Source of the DNA: Ancylonema sp.
Lineage: Eukaryota
Reading direction: 5' to 3'
NCBI GenBank assembly: GCA_050230475.1
Contig: JBFLGF010000152.1
Span: 1-64,000 of the forward strand
DNA length: 64,000 nt
How positions within the stretch are numbered: position 1 is the first letter of the stretch; the number at the start of each line of letters is the position of its first letter. Below the pieces are notes generated by a model. That model was given only the letters and a program-made list of their open reading frames with translations, was not told where the DNA came from and searched no databases. The position numbers and the translations under genes were made by a program. Positions 12,363 to 36,086 of this stretch are shown one piece after another.

Positions 12363-15313
12363 TTAAGTGAGCCATGCGGACATAAGAAGTCTGGATGCCG
12401 CTACTGCCACCATGTACACAACAAACCGCCAGAACCTCCTCTGTCTCTCTTCCTTTAGCTTGCTGGGGTACAAACCACAAAACCAGTCGAATTGCCTACA
12501 AAAGTTCCAAAACTGCCTTCTGCAAATCAGATGTCCCCAGAGTCGCCCAACCTCATTGATGTTGCGACACAAAGTCCCCTCCATCGCAGCACAAACATGA
12601 GCAAGACCCTTGAAGGATGGTGCCGTGATTCCAGGTTCATTTATGCAATGGTGGATGATGTCCATACCGCAATCAGCAGTACCAATAGATCCGACAGCCA
12701 CCATCAAATCGAGAAGCGATATTGATCCCACAGACAACCAGCCAACACAATTGAAATTTCTGCCGGAGTTGGACATGTTCGGTAAGTAAAGGTGGGATGA
12801 AGGTCCATCACTGCCCCGTCGCCTAAAAAAGTGAAATATGTTGAAGGGAGTCAAAACAAATATGTATCCAGCTGGATTTGAACATGTACAACTACTATTA
12901 TACACTAGTGGTCATCCATCGATTTTTGCAAGGAAACCAAAAAGATAATAATGTTCCTGATATTCACACTATGGAATTGTTGGTGTGTTGTTGAACACAT
13001 TAAGTTCGGAACAAATGTTGTCGCGGCCACCTCAAGTGGGCATCCAAATTGCCAGTATGACGTACATGTGCAAAAAAAGCGCAATGAAACCTTTTTGGAA
13101 AACAATATTAGCACAATGGAAAGTTGGCTTGAATGATGTTGAAAGCTTTCACTAACAGACATACTTCTTATGCAACACTCACCCCTTGCCCACCCAAAGA
13201 ACCTCGCGTAGTCTCTCTTCCCTTCTTTCCACCAAGGGTGTGTCACCACGGCTTGGGGGACCGGTCTCATCGGCCACTTCTCAAACTAGAGGCAAAAATG
13301 GACGTCTTCGCCGCCACCGGTCTTTGGGAAGAGATCCTCGAATCGGTGGCGTGCGCGACGGACGGCAAGATTCGCAGTTGTACACCATGGCACCCAGTCT
13401 AGCTTCCCCGCAATTCCAAACCAGAAGTTGAGGAATGACATATCCACAGGAGCTGTAAATTGTGTCGGAGGAGGGCGCGGGAACAAAATAGTCTCGGCAA
13501 AGCCTTGCAATTGCGGTACATTTATGAACAATGAGTGTGGAGAGAACACATGGACGTATTGCAATAAGAGGAAATAAACATATCGACAATTATCGGCGAC
13601 TCTCTTACTGTCTCTCCGTGATTCCTGATCTCGCTGTCGTAAACCGACAACAGATCCCCTCGTGGCTCAATGTCGTCATCGAGAAATACGACCCAATCGG
13701 CGCTCGACTCGTCTAGCCCGCGATTTCGCGAAACAGCCGCCCCGGACTTAGTCAGGTTGCTCCTAACCCGGATGGAGCCCAATGTGTAATGTTCCTCAAT
13801 TTTTTTGATTTCTTTCTCGTTCTGGTGGCCTGGGTTGTCGATAATGATGATAAACTGGTCGAGACACGCATAATTGCTTCGCTCAGTATGCCAACAATCT
13901 CCAATCTTGGTACTAGAGAAAGTGCTGAATAACTGTATATATTTTCAAAGCAGATCTGCCATGTTCGGCACAAAAAAAATTAAGGCACCACGTAGAACAA
14001 AACCAAATATCGACCCTTATGTCACAGTCTTAGAAAACACGGTGACCGATCGACCCTACTAGATCCTTGTCTCTTTAAACTCAACTACTTTCGTCACATA
14101 CATAGATTCTTAACGTCTTTCTACATGTCGATATCTCCACATCAATCGCAGATTAGGCAAAAAGGTGTTAAAACTTACTTGTGTCGAGGAGTCCTCGGGA
14201 ACCGCCAGTGATACAATACCTCTCAGTATCCGGACGTCACACCTGTAGCATGGAATGACGACATCCATGACGAGAAATTTCTTAATTTTGATGCCTTCTC
14301 TTTCGAGGAAGCTGTCGACGTGAGCGACCCCTTCCTCTAGAACTTCGTGCTTCCAATCCACCGACAGCGGGGTGTACCTGGCCATAGGGCATCTCCCGTC
14401 ATGGTTTTTAATCAAACACGAAGGTGTAGGGTGCCTCAGACAATTCAATCAATTTTAGAAAGTGAAATGTGAAATGCTGACGGGGGTGATTAAGGTGGTA
14501 CTTGGTTGGTTACTACCTGAGTGTACTTCCTGAACAGGAGGAGGTAACGGCAAGGTGTATGCAATCGAGGACCAACCTGGGGTGATTTGAGCCTCCGACG
14601 CCATTGCTGAGTCGGCACTCCCGTGCGATAACAGACGCGCCCCATCGTCTGTACACGTCATACAGATAGGGATCGCCATCCTGGTTTACGAATACCTCTG
14701 GTATCATCAAGCCGTTAAAAATATCCATATGCGTTCTATGCATGACGGGGAAAGTCGGAAATGCTCGGAAATTTTCATCGTCGAAAGCGACACAGCCAAA
14801 GCCATAAGGCACACCGAGACGGCGCTGAATGGCTGCATACTTTGCCCGACTCATGCTCATCCAGTACTTCGTCGATATTTTTACGTCATCCCCGAGTAGG
14901 ACGTTGTTGTCAAATGCTTCATCATAGGCTTTCCTGGTCGCTTTTCTCCACATTTCACATATTCTTGCGGCGGGACGATTGTCTACAGAAGGTCGCGGAG
15001 CTGGAGGATTGTAATACATCGGTTCTCGGAAAATAATCCGAGTGTCACGAAGGGACTCCTGTAGTCTGTCGATCATGCTGCTCTCATTTGTGTCCCTCGA
15101 GTCGTAAACCAAATCCTCCTTGTCGAGACAAAGAAACACGTGTATGTCGAATTCTGGGCTTGCTAGCGTGAGACCTTTGGACACTTGCGAAATTTCTGAA
15201 AGACACTCGTATGTTCCCTTGTGTCCTCCTGAACTTGTTGTTGGGAGGACCACGCATACCTTCTCTTTCTGGTGACCATCGATTTCAAGAATTGTGCCAC
15301 TTTTCACAGCCAT
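12363..15313 (-). pseudogene. Two-domain GT-A/GT2-like glycosyltransferase with C-terminal hydrophobic segments; intron-containing and disrupted
   Basis: Domain 1: VVLPTTS, LLGDDV, GFGCVAFDD..FPTFPVMHRTH, FVNQDGDPYL. Domain 2: DVVIPCYR, FIIIIDNP, GAAVSRNRGL..WVVFLDDD, FPKTGGGEDVHFC. Lesions: in-frame TAG at 13286-13288, a frameshift near 12720-12750, and an apparently mutated acceptor (ccgcaa) near 13511. Confidence 0.8.
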
Positions 15314-18300
15314 GTTCTTACTGCTGTGTTTGTCAAGCCCTGATGAAGCAGTGAGCTTTATGAATGTATCATAGCAACGTGAGTGTGAGTCTAACAAGGA
15401 GGCTCGGTCATTTTCACGCAACCTTCACGCTCGCCTCTATTGCTGACTCCAACGAGATACGGTCCAAAGAAATCTAAAAGTAACGTGGATAAATCAGGCA
15501 GTGGATGCCACGTATATTTGTAGACAACCTCAAACACGGCACGGGTTCTGTAGACTTCGAATCGTAGCACGTGAACAAGAATCTAGGAAAAACACTTCAG
15601 CTCTGTTCTAAGTGCTAAGTTCTAAGTGCTTCAGCTGATGTGGCATTTCTCGGCGTTATTCACGTGTAACACACACCATCCACACTTTTTTACAAGTCGA
15701 ACAAAATTGATGATCGATCGTTATTTTATACCGATCCCTTCAAACGTCGACATAGTCATCATCATATCTGTCTTTGAAGCTTCGCCTGCGCGATCTCTTC
15801 TTTCCGAGCTGATAAATCATTCAAAGCTGCATACGACACCAGCTGAAGGAAAATTGGTAAAAGTGTGAATTTTGAAATTATATTGATTGCCATGATGATG
15901 CCAAGAAGTATCAGCGTCCTCACAGATTACCGACCCCTGTAGGAATTGAGCTAGGTCAGCATTGTTAGCACTCTCAGGATGTTAAAGCAAATATATCACT
16001 GTATCCAGTCCTGCCTGGATGACCACTTGCACAATTTGCCTTGCTAGATGTTACCTCCTCGGAAATAAAGGTTATTTTCGTCAAGTTGAACCATCGAATC
16101 CGTGCGAGTATAAATTTATTGGTATAGATATACCTGGGAAATATGTTCCTATACAATCAACAGTGTCGACGGTGTTGCCGACGCCCACTGAATGTACTCA
16201 ATCGTTCCATCGCATTGCGTTGTCGACATATGCAAAGTCCTCTTCTTGCCTGAAACAATTGAATGAGTGCAGCGACACCACGTTAGGAGCAATATTGTTG
16301 TCAAGATTAGTTGAAAGTAATTGCCTGAAGATCACGACAAGGCTCAGGGTGGTGCATTGTTGATATTGGTGTATTATGCGCCATGGATAGCTTGAGACGG
16401 CAACACAACTAAACGGCAGGACGGCAGGAGACGATCCGTGTCAGCCATGCATTGCATCTAGGTGGTTTAGATGACGTAGTTAAGAGAATACTTGGCTAGG
16501 AATTGAGTAGCAAGTACGTGGGACGGCAAGCAGGATTAGTAGCGGCGCAAAACGATCGTAGGAAGCTAGGCATCAAAGAAAGTATAAAAACTGCAATATG
16601 TTAACACCTCGGAAACCACTGTCAATTTTACATCGGAATTATAGTTTAGTCTGAATTCGAGCTCGGCTGGCAAATCTATATTTTGTGCAATCTTTGATCA
16701 AGTTGAATGTGCAACTGTATGTGACTCTTGCATTCGATATCGACGCATGCAACACCACATCATCCACACCCATTCAAGTTTCGAATACTTCATGCTCAGA
16801 CCACAGCATGGCCTTGTCATAGGGTTGACTCAGTTAACTCCAACAGCGTAATATTGTCGGGATTTTTCTTCATAGATTAGTGAAGTGTTGGCATTGGCCA
16901 TTTGTTATCTCGCATGAGCATGGTGCGGATCTCGACTAGGTCATAGAACAGGTAAATTCGGGCACATGTGAAATTTAGCAGCTCTTCGCACGCGTTTAAC
17001 ACATTTAACGAGGATGTTCGTCATAACGTCAGGATGGCACGTGAGAGTGTGACACGATGCTAGATGGCACGACACTTACTACTAGGACTATACACGTCCA
17101 ATGTCTAACTCACTAGAAGTTGCAATGACCGTTTCACAAACGTAATGCCTGATTACATTTTGCACTCTATGTGCAACGTGTTGCACCAAAATGTCAACTT
17201 TATGCATAAGAAGTTTGCATAACTTCCTAACTTCTAAACGTTCGCCTTGCTTAATCGATGCTTCATATCCCACTAGTCAACCTAGCAGGCATGCATTCAA
17301 ATGACTTAGAGACCTCATGTACGACGAAAATAATAGTGTCCGTTCGCGTTTTAACGAGCTAGTACAAATCTTTTTTCAATAAAGTATATTCACTAGATTA
17401 GACCTCGTTCTAAGGCTATCGTTGATTCCCTTATACTACATCCACTGCTGTCGTTTCCGATTGACTATTCTGCCCGTTGAGTAAAATACAAAATATCATA
17501 CACCCATATGATTTCCCGTTACATCGTTCCGATCGGACACATCACACAAATTGTATATTTGACTTCTCATCGAGCATACTAGCTCGATGGCGCATTTTCT
17601 AAATTCCGAGTTTTGAACTGCGTGCTCCCAATGTAAATTCTTATCTTACTTGCCCTGTTTACAACCATTCGACATTTTTCGGTACACAAAAGTTGCCAAA
17701 TTTATCAATTAGGTCAAAAAAATATGAAACTTAGACTCCGATACATTTTGGCATGCACATTTTCCTTTGCCACATTGCGGCTGACGTGGACTTGGCCTAG
17801 ATACTGGACTAGATCCAAAAAATAGTCAATTCGATGCTCACAAGATCAATTATACTTGCTATCAATGCTACCATGCCCAGACATCCAGCTAATGACAATA
17901 TTGTGCGCCCAACGCAACCCGCCGCATGTCCAATGTCAACAATGGCATTATTCAAATACAGTTTGACGCCCCTCAAAACGGATAGCTCAAACTGCACTCC
18001 CCCTGAATCCATGAATCGCCGAAATACCCACTGTCGCGAAACCCGTTCACTACTGACACAATTTCTGCATATTACTCCACACCGCGCTCAAAGTCTGCTC
18101 ATCGAAGAGGATTTGTACCAAGTGTTGTCGATCATGTTAGCAGTCCTCGTTTCGTCGACAGGCTATCGACTTGTTGTATATGTCAAGTCTGCTGTATGTG
18201 TACCTTCCTGACAAGATGTCGTTTCGGTATACCCCTCCAGATTCGTACTCGGCACGCACTTTACTTTGACTGGTGGCCTTCAAAAAGTTGACTTTCAGCA

Positions 18301-18511
18301 CAAATATGACTTTGATGTACTTTGACTTTCTCTTTTTTCGAAGAGAGCAACTCTTTTCTTCCCAAAACAATGTAGCCAACGCAGCGCCGTATCTTATGAG
18401 ACCATCGCGGGAAAGGAGAAACACATCCCGTATGCCTCGATCGCTCCCAAAGGAGGAACCAAGAATCTACCTCAACCACTCAAAGGATTGTGTTTCGAGG
18501 ACGGCGAGGGG

Positions 18512-19950
18512 CTACTTCTCCCCACCGACCACTCCCGTATCTGGTCCTGAGCCCGCCAGGAATCGGGTTCTTGCAAACTCCACAATGCTGCGGAAGAAGT
18601 CGCGGGGGAAGATGGGAGGGTCCTCTGCCAGGGCTTGATGGAAGAGCACAGTGGAGGGGGTCATACCCGGCACTGTGTTGGCTTCAATAACCACAACCTG
18701 CACCCTCCGGCCCCCTCGCCCCTCGCCCCTTACCCCCCTGTCTCCTCTGCACCCTGCCCTGCCTCGCCTACCTCTCCTGTGTCCGCGTGCAGGAAGGCAT
18801 CGATGCGCGCGAATCCATCGATCCCCAACGCCTCTGCCACGCTGGCGATGTGCCGCCTGGCTGCTGCCAACGCGGGGGGGCTGACGATGGAGGCAGGCGG
18901 CGGAGTGAGGTTGACCCCGGTGCCCCCTTGGAACTTCTCCTCCAGCGACAGAATGCCCCCCCCGTCCTTCACAGTGATGCTTGGGATGAGGGCCCGCAGC
19001 CCCCCCCCTCGACTCCCCATCACCCCCACTGTCACCTCCACCCACCGCCGCTCCCCCTTCCACTTCAACCCCCCCACCCCACTCGAGGCTGTGATTTCAT
19101 CGGTCTCAATGAAGGGCTCGAACAGGAGGTGGGACGGGGGGGGGAGGGGCATTTCGACAACACCGCCAACCTGCGCAGGAGGGGAGGGGTCATGGGCTAG
19201 AGGGGAACGGCGAGTGTCCGCCAGGTGGCAGGCCTTACTGTTGACAGCATGCCCGGCAGTAACCGCGGGCGGGCATCCCTGACAGCTGCGACGTATGCTG
19301 CCAGGTCAGCAGCGCAGACGAGCTTGGCGACCCCCGTGGAGCATCCGTCGGAGGCAGGCTTGACACACACGGCCGCCGCACCCCCGACAGCCTCCAAGAT
19401 GGCCCCCCACCGCCCCTCTGCTGTCAGGAGAGCGCTGAGTGGAAGGAGCAGCTTTGCGCAGGTGTGAATGCCTTGGGGGGACAGCTGGGCAGGAGTGAGA
19501 GGGGCAGCGTTGGCGCAGGAGGACAGAGGGGATGGGGCAGTCGAGGGGCACTGACATGCTTGATGGCCTCCCCCGTCGCCACTTTATCCAGACACAGCCG
19601 AGAGGCTGCAGCGCCGGAGCCTGTGAAAGGGACCCCCCTCTCCTCGAGCAGGCCCTGCAGAGTGCCGTCCTCCCCCACCCCCCCGTGCACCGCCACAAAG
19701 ACCACTGCGCCGGCTGCTGCAGCCTCCTCCATCCACCCCCCGAGAGAAGTAAAGGAGGGCGCCTCATCCCCAACCCCCCCTTTCCCCTCCACCTCCCCTC
19801 CCCATTTCTCGAATCACGGCGGCCCTCAACTCCGCCCCGCTCTGCTCCTGCGCCGCCTCACACCCTTCCACCACCTCCTCCACTGTGTGCCGCAGGACAG
19901 AGGCGTAGCTGCCCAAGAAGGGGGCAACACCGATCACGCCTCGTCGCTCT
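18512..19950 (-). pseudogene. Partial duplicate (3' half) of the D-Ala-D-Ala ligase gene
   Basis: Collinear with 20746-22135, including introns. It begins inside an intron before [12 protein letters not shown] and lacks 2 nt near 19781 relative to the other copy, giving a stop at 19764. Confidence 0.85.
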
Positions 19951-20745
19951 GATGCTATTGTGAATGACGCATTGCATCGAGTAACAATTGACATTACAAG
20001 AATGTCAATTCCACAATGTCGGCTATATGTGTACCTTTCCGACAAGATGTCGTTTCGGTATGCACCTCCAGGTCCGTACTCGGCACGCACTTTACCTCGG
20101 CTGCTGGCTTTTTTTCCGAACAGGGTAACTCTTTACTTCCCAAAAAAATGTAGCCAATGCAGCGCCGTATCTTATGAGGCCATTGTAGGAAACACAAAAC
20201 ACATCCCGTTTGCCTCAATCGCTCCCATACGAGGAACCAATGATCTGTCTCAAACACGGACATCCGCCTTCCGACGTTCACCCATACTAGAATGTTCATG
20301 ATGCAACACACGCTCTGCTTCAAAGAATGTTCGGTTGACTCAACACTTCATCCTGCTGAAGGACATCCACACGAGTCCCTACAATATATAAATATAGTGT
20401 CAGCTATATACTCGTATATAATACATATAAATTTCTCTATCTTCACGTGCTCGACTGAACGAGTGCAGCCTCCTGCGGTCCCTTCAGCAGCGAGTGCCAC
20501 TCAAAGGATTGTGTTTCGAGGAAGGCCAGACAATGCCTCATAGCGAGGGGCCCTCACCAACTGACGAACCGACTTTGTTTCCTTTCAAACTACCATTCCG
20601 ACTACGCCATGTCGATACAATGGCACAGTCTGGGCCAACTGATACCAATACTGTCCATAGTCGTTCCGGCCAAAATGGACAGTTGGATTTCTGCAATTTT
20701 ACCCCATCGACCACTCCAATATCTGATCCTGACCAGCTCCGCTGG

Positions 20746-25171
<4,426 letters not shown>

Positions 25172-26074
25172 TCTTTATTCTTCTTGGTAAGATGGCGCTA
25201 ATGGGAATGGCTGCGAGGAATTATACTATTGGTTGCACTCTGATTTTCCTGAAATCAGAATTGATTAACAGTATGCTACTATTATATCCATTTGTAGTAA
25301 TATACGCTGCTATCCATTTCCACCCATCTAAATTCTGATCCGCTTTCTTTGAGTACGCCTTCGGGAATTCGTTCATTCCCTGCTATCCATTTCTGAAACT
25401 GTACCAGACTGCGGCATTGCTTCCGGCTCTGCATCTGGTCACTTTGGCGGATGGTGAATGTAATTTTCAGTGCAGTCGCGTGAACAAGCACATGATTGTC
25501 GCGTTAGGACAAGTAAATGCAATGACAAGTGGTTGCTCTGACAGATTGACTTGTAGGGAAGCAACCAGGAATTCCTCACGACGAGATATCGCACTAAATA
25601 TTGACTTTCAGTGATTGGCCTACAAGCACATGGGTCTGCACTTTGCGGTTGGATAAGCGTCGCACCCATCCAGCGATCTGAATTTGTCTTTCCTGGACTT
25701 CATTGACGGTTGGCGGCTCGCATGTCGTTGACTACAGTCAATGCCTTGTCAGCGGGTGTGGCGGGCTGCGAAAATGCTTGAGCCGCCACGTGTCCATGTG
25801 CCACCAATAATTTGCCAATTAATTTCTCTGACCTCAACCCAGCATCACCTTAATCTGCAGAAAATAAGCGACCATGCCAATTTGTGAAAGACTCTCCTCG
25901 CAGGTTTGCAGCGATAAAGCGGTGCCTGTGACCTTTTGAATTCTCTTAGTATCTTGTTGACCTGCGCCATCACGTGTAATTGTCCAGATTTTTTTTAACC
26001 TCAATTGACAGCACGATCAGCACGGTTTAAGCGGGTCGATCAGTATTGATACAGCTGTTGACTAGCGTCGAACG

Positions 26075-27900
26075 ATGGCCCGGGATCAGCTGATTGAGGA
26101 GTCAAATGAGCCAGATCTTTCCCATCCATCCTCTCCAATCCCGCCAGCTTCAGAATGCCCAATCTGCCTGCAGCAACTCTCCAGCGGCTGTGGAAATGCG
26201 CTTTTCACAGCTGAATGCGGACACATATTCCACTTTTCTTGCATAGTTTCGAGCGTGCGACATGGAAAATTCACTTGCCCCATGTGCTGCATTCATTGGA
26301 ATTAAGTACCATGGATACTGTCAGCTAAGCAGCAACGGCAGCCTCCCAGCCATCACCTGCCTCCCTACCCGACCTGGACGACCTCACTAAGAAATTCCTT
26401 CAAAGCCATTATCTTATTCTATCGAGTCAGATCTCGTGCGAAGACCAACTCCACGACCCTGGAACATGAGAAGAGACTGGCAGCAGGGTGGTCTCCAGAG
26501 AACGAGTTTGCCTCACCCTTGTTATGCCGTCGACCCTCGAGAGCCAGCTGTGTATGTTGATGATGAAGCACTACCACCTCCGCAGAATCTTTCGATCAAT
26601 CTACAAGTCTCCAAGTCAGTTTTTGCTCGGAGGCTTCGACAAACGCAGCTGTACAAGATGGCATCGGTGGAGAGTTTGGTATGCTGATCACTGTTACGGT
26701 TGCTTCCAGGGACAACATCATCACCCCTTCTCCACACTCTTCCTCTCCACACCCTTCTCTACCGGATGGAAGGCCAGCAGACAGTGACACCTATCCCACT
26801 TCCACGGGACCTGCTGCATTCGACACTGCGAACGCAGCTGACAGCGTACCCATCGACTTGGTGGCAATCGTCGGCCTGAGTTCGAGCATGCAAGGCGACA
26901 AGGCTGCTGAAAGAGGCCCTCAACTGTGTCATCATGCCCCTTGGCCCCAACGACCGGGTAGCCATTCTTTCATTTTCTTCATACGCCTGCCGAGCCGTGC
27001 CTCTTACCCGGATGACAGAGGCTGAAGGGTGGCAAAGGCGAGCACCCACGGATAGCCTGCCATTGCACACATGCATGTGTAACCGACAACCCCTGCTTCG
27101 AAGACTCGACCACTGTTACCTCCCTCCTCCTTTCAGGTCAAGCAGCTGCCAAGGCGGTAGTTTAGAGGCTCCCCTGCAGTGGCATCGACATCGCCTCTGG
27201 GCTGTATTTAGGAACTCAAGCCACAAAGGAGCGGAGAACCCTGTGGCAGCTATTTTGCTGCTCTCTGACGGACAGGACTCTGCATACCAGTACAAGTACA
27301 TTTCTCAAGCCCTGTCATCTCTGTGCTGCTGCTTCCTCTGGCGAGATGCCGAGGTTCGATTTTTTTCTGATGCATGAGCAGGGGCGAGAGATTCGATTAT
27401 TGTCACCTGCTCCCCCCCAGTTCCTTGCGAGCCAATCCTGCGGTCACATTCCGGTTTGGTGTGGATCACAACGCCCAGGCCATGCACATCATCTCTGAAG
27501 AGACAGATGGGGTCTTCTCATTTGTAGAGTAAATCTCTGGTGTTCAGGTGAGTGGTCACACTGGACACCAGGTATATTGTTCGTTCATAGTAATCACTAA
27601 ACGTTGTCCCATATTTATATGTACTGCAATTTATACATGCAGGAAGACGTCCGTGGCAAGACAGCAGTCTCCTTAACAAATGCATGCCTCATGCGACCTC
27701 GCGGACGGGGTGACAATGCGGTGGGCGTATTGCCACACGTTATCCCAGCACTGCAGCAACCGTGTTTCTGGGCGAGGTGTATGTGGAGGAGCAGCGCCAT
27801 GTTCTGCTCGATGTCACCATCGACCCTCTGCCACACGCTGTCGGCCACACTCCTTACTGCCACCTGCACCTACATGGGCGGCCCTCACTTCCGTTCGTGC
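26075..27900 (+). pseudogene. Degraded RING-finger/von Willebrand factor A E3-ligase gene (WAV3-like architecture); 3' end approximate
   Basis: RING CPIC..LFTAECGHIFHFSCI..CPMC followed by a premature TAA (26303-26305). vWA pieces PIDLVAIVGLSSSMQGDK, LGPNDRVAILSFSS, ILLLSDGQD and FGVDHNAQAMHIISE lie in shifting frames with stops. Confidence 0.8.
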
Positions 27901-28282
27901 ATCCACGTCCCCATAGGGTATTGTCGGTGGACTCCTGAAAGATTATGTATCGCTTCCTGGAGTTTAGAGCTCCAAATGTGGGAAGCATGAACTGCCTCTT
28001 GCTGCCGGACAAAAGTGAAGACACACAGGAGGGACATCTAGGCGTAGCTACACATTTTTCCACGACTCCTTGCTTCATTTGCGGTAGCTACACATTTTGT
28101 AGGTATACCAATTCCACTTTAAAGAAATCCAGTCAGCTGATTGCCTCCCCATCTATAGCTTCTTTAACCATGTGCTCCTACAGTCACGTGTTGCCTTCCA
28201 GCCATCCCTCTGCAACGAAAGTCGACACCCACAGGTCGCCGCAGCAGCCAGTGGTCGCGTTTCCGATGCTTTCCCTTCTGCG

Positions 28283-30579
<2,297 letters not shown>

Positions 30580-31254
30580 GAACGACTTGCGTCGAAGACC
30601 TTGGCAGGCAGATAAAAAAATCCAACTACCAAAAACGACAACGCGGTCTAGGCGTCGAGGGAGACACAGAACTGGGTTCTGTGAGGAGAGGATGCGAGGC
30701 AATCTCAGAACCAAGACCGAGTGTCGAGTGTCGACGGCAGTGTGGATGGGGAAGGATTCTTGCACGTGAAGGGTATCATCCCTAGGTCAACGCTGAGATT
30801 TTGACCGGGGTGGATAAATTGATGTCGTGGTTACTGGTTTACGCATGAAGCCATCCACACGTGCGAACCATCCGGCTCGTCGATGAAATGAAAAAAAAAT
30901 CGCCCGATCGTCGTTGGGTATCGACGAGCCTCCACACGCGTACCGCAATCTGCGCGATTTCCAATTAACAGATAAATAATAAACAAATAACAAGAACATC
31001 AAGCTCAGCAGTAATGGTGTTCAACCATAGCTGCATGTCCAATAAAAAACACTGATTTCTGATTTGCTTATTTCTCCTTGCAGCACGTGGGGGAATAGAA
31101 CTGTTCACGAGTAGCTGGCTAGCCTTCTCTGATATAGATCTGCCACTAGAAAGCCGAAGTCGCGCACGTGCGTTCAGTGTCCAGTTCCAACCCCCTTCCA
31201 CCCTCTAACCTTGAACAACAAATTTATCTCCGGACATATCTTTCTCCTTACACT

Positions 31255-35055
<3,801 letters not shown>

Positions 35056-36086
35056 GGGTAGATAGGTAGCTGTCCGTGACTCGGTTGGAGCAATGATGTT
35101 GCGGCAGTTTGTACATAATCATTATTGTGACACTGCTCCGACTTTCAGTCCGAGTCGCAGACTTCAGACTTCAGACTTCAGACTTCAGGCTGTTGGGTTT
35201 GCGAAGAACAAATGTACATAGTGCCGCCACGTCATTCCATCCAGCAAAGATGGTAGGTGAAATCCCGATCCTTGCTCACTCCTTGCTTACTGAATCGTTT
35301 TTTTTGTGATCTATCTGCTTAACCGGCTGTAAAGCTGACATGTTTATACGCTAGCACTGATCCATACGGCTCTCAGATCGAACCATTCAATAACTCGTAC
35401 ACCAGGTAAAGTCTGTATACATGAAGGTCGCAGACATCTGTGAATTATCACACAAGCATGACTCTGCACAAATGATATTATGGCTGTCAGAAACGCGCGG
35501 GCAAATTCCAAGAGTGTGTTTCAGACCCTGACTCATCATTCAGGGGATACATGGAATTGCTTCTTGGTTATTGAGGAGACCGTAATGACGAACCCTCAAA
35601 GCGACTCAAAACAGTTCACAGATGTCGTCTGCGGTCGGTTAAGTTTGCCACACCGTCTCAGCACAAGAGGTGGGTATTTATGTACTACCGTACAATGTCC
35701 ACAAATCGGCACCTCTACCCAATAGCACTCGCTCTCTCTTCCCCAATGATAAAATCTCGTCAAACGCATGAGTATTGATATCACACCGCTTGGTTGAGTG
35801 TACTACACCCTCATAAGTGCTTAGGAGGCGGCACCCCCACAGAAACAACTCGATTCTTGCATTTTATACACATTCATGAGTCGCAACTTTGGTGGCAATC
35901 CTCATGGCCGATTCAAACCAAGATACTATTCTTAGTGTATGCTACAGACCTGCGAGGCTGCAAAAGTGTACAAAATTTTGCTTAAACGTCCCAAGGAGCA
36001 GTCTTGAAACAGAGCACAGCATCATCTGCAGTCACAATAGCAATAAGCAACCAGCACCCACCACCTCACTGCCCGCAACCAGTTCC

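Noticed and set aside
15750..16260. Exon-like minus-strand pieces (IQWASATPSTLLIV; LVSYAALNDLSARKEEIAQAKLQRQI) with plausible splice sites
   Set aside because: Contains a stop and has only a faint resemblance to NAD-kinase N-terminal sequence; not enough to call.
16400..17800. Long non-coding stretch, checked for an upstream epimerase domain, TE termini and RNA genes
   Set aside because: No motifs, terminal repeats or tRNA-like structure that I could support.
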